From Chrysomallon squamiferum (Eukaryota; Animalia; Mollusca), in NCBI GenBank assembly GCA_012295275.1, contig CM022674.1, positions 1,984,001 through 2,048,000 on the forward strand: a DNA stretch of 64,000 nucleotides, in the 5' to 3' direction. Of this stretch, positions 63,656-64,000 are shown piece by piece. The position numbers were made by a program, and so were the translations under genes. The stretch's first letter is position 1; the number at the start of each line of letters is the position of its first letter. The notes beneath the pieces are model-generated. The model saw only the letters and a program-made list of their open reading frames with translations, was not told the origin of the DNA and ran no database searches.

Positions 63656-64000
63656 GTAAATTTAATAAATATTTGTCTGTCTGTCTGTCTATTTATATGT
63701 CATCAAATGTATCACGATATGTAATGAGTACCACAGATTCAAAGTACTAAAACTAAACTTAAGAAATATGAATTTGTCTGTCTGTGTGTCTGTCTTTCTA
63801 TCTATCTATCTATCTATCTACCTATCTATAGGTCTATGTAGTAATATAATGTGTCCCAAAGCTAAGAGTTTTATTCAGTTTTTGCATATTCCATATGTAT
63901 CATATCTGTAGTAAAAGCTAAAAGCTGATGGATTAACATCAGTATTTATCCTTGTTAGTCCATGGAGCTCACAGCACTTTCCCTGAATTTTTTAGCTTGT

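Overview
AT-rich, intron-rich animal genomic DNA, dense in microsatellites. The SINE bodies and gene content suggest a lophotrochozoan, probably a gastropod mollusc (inference). Five spliced protein-coding loci were reconstructed by hand. (1) A two-TM NIT-domain receptor guanylyl cyclase (+, 4158-10181). (2) WDR33 (-, 17109-32410), head-to-head with (3) SSU72 (+, 34662-46587; one U12-type intron); both are mRNA 3'-end processing factors. (4) A vWA protein with a C-terminal GIY-YIG/ET-like domain (+, 50344-52713), with a consensus p53-family element just upstream of its TATA box. (5) The 5' end of a P5B ATPase (ATP13A-like, +, from about 58623). A 4.6-kb tandem duplication (50525-59762) puts the putative ATPase promoter and first exon in front of a truncated vWA copy, with an in-frame splice route to a chimeric gene. 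The strongest observation is a 165-codon hydrophobic read-through ORF in the WDR33 intron after the HKEPVRGI exon. It ends in a stop codon overlapping AATAAA and parallels the membrane-anchored intronic-polyadenylation isoform known for human WDR33. Other observations: a 13-copy minisatellite built from the guanylyl cyclase splice donor, and three single-base homopolymer frameshifts that look like long-read assembly errors.
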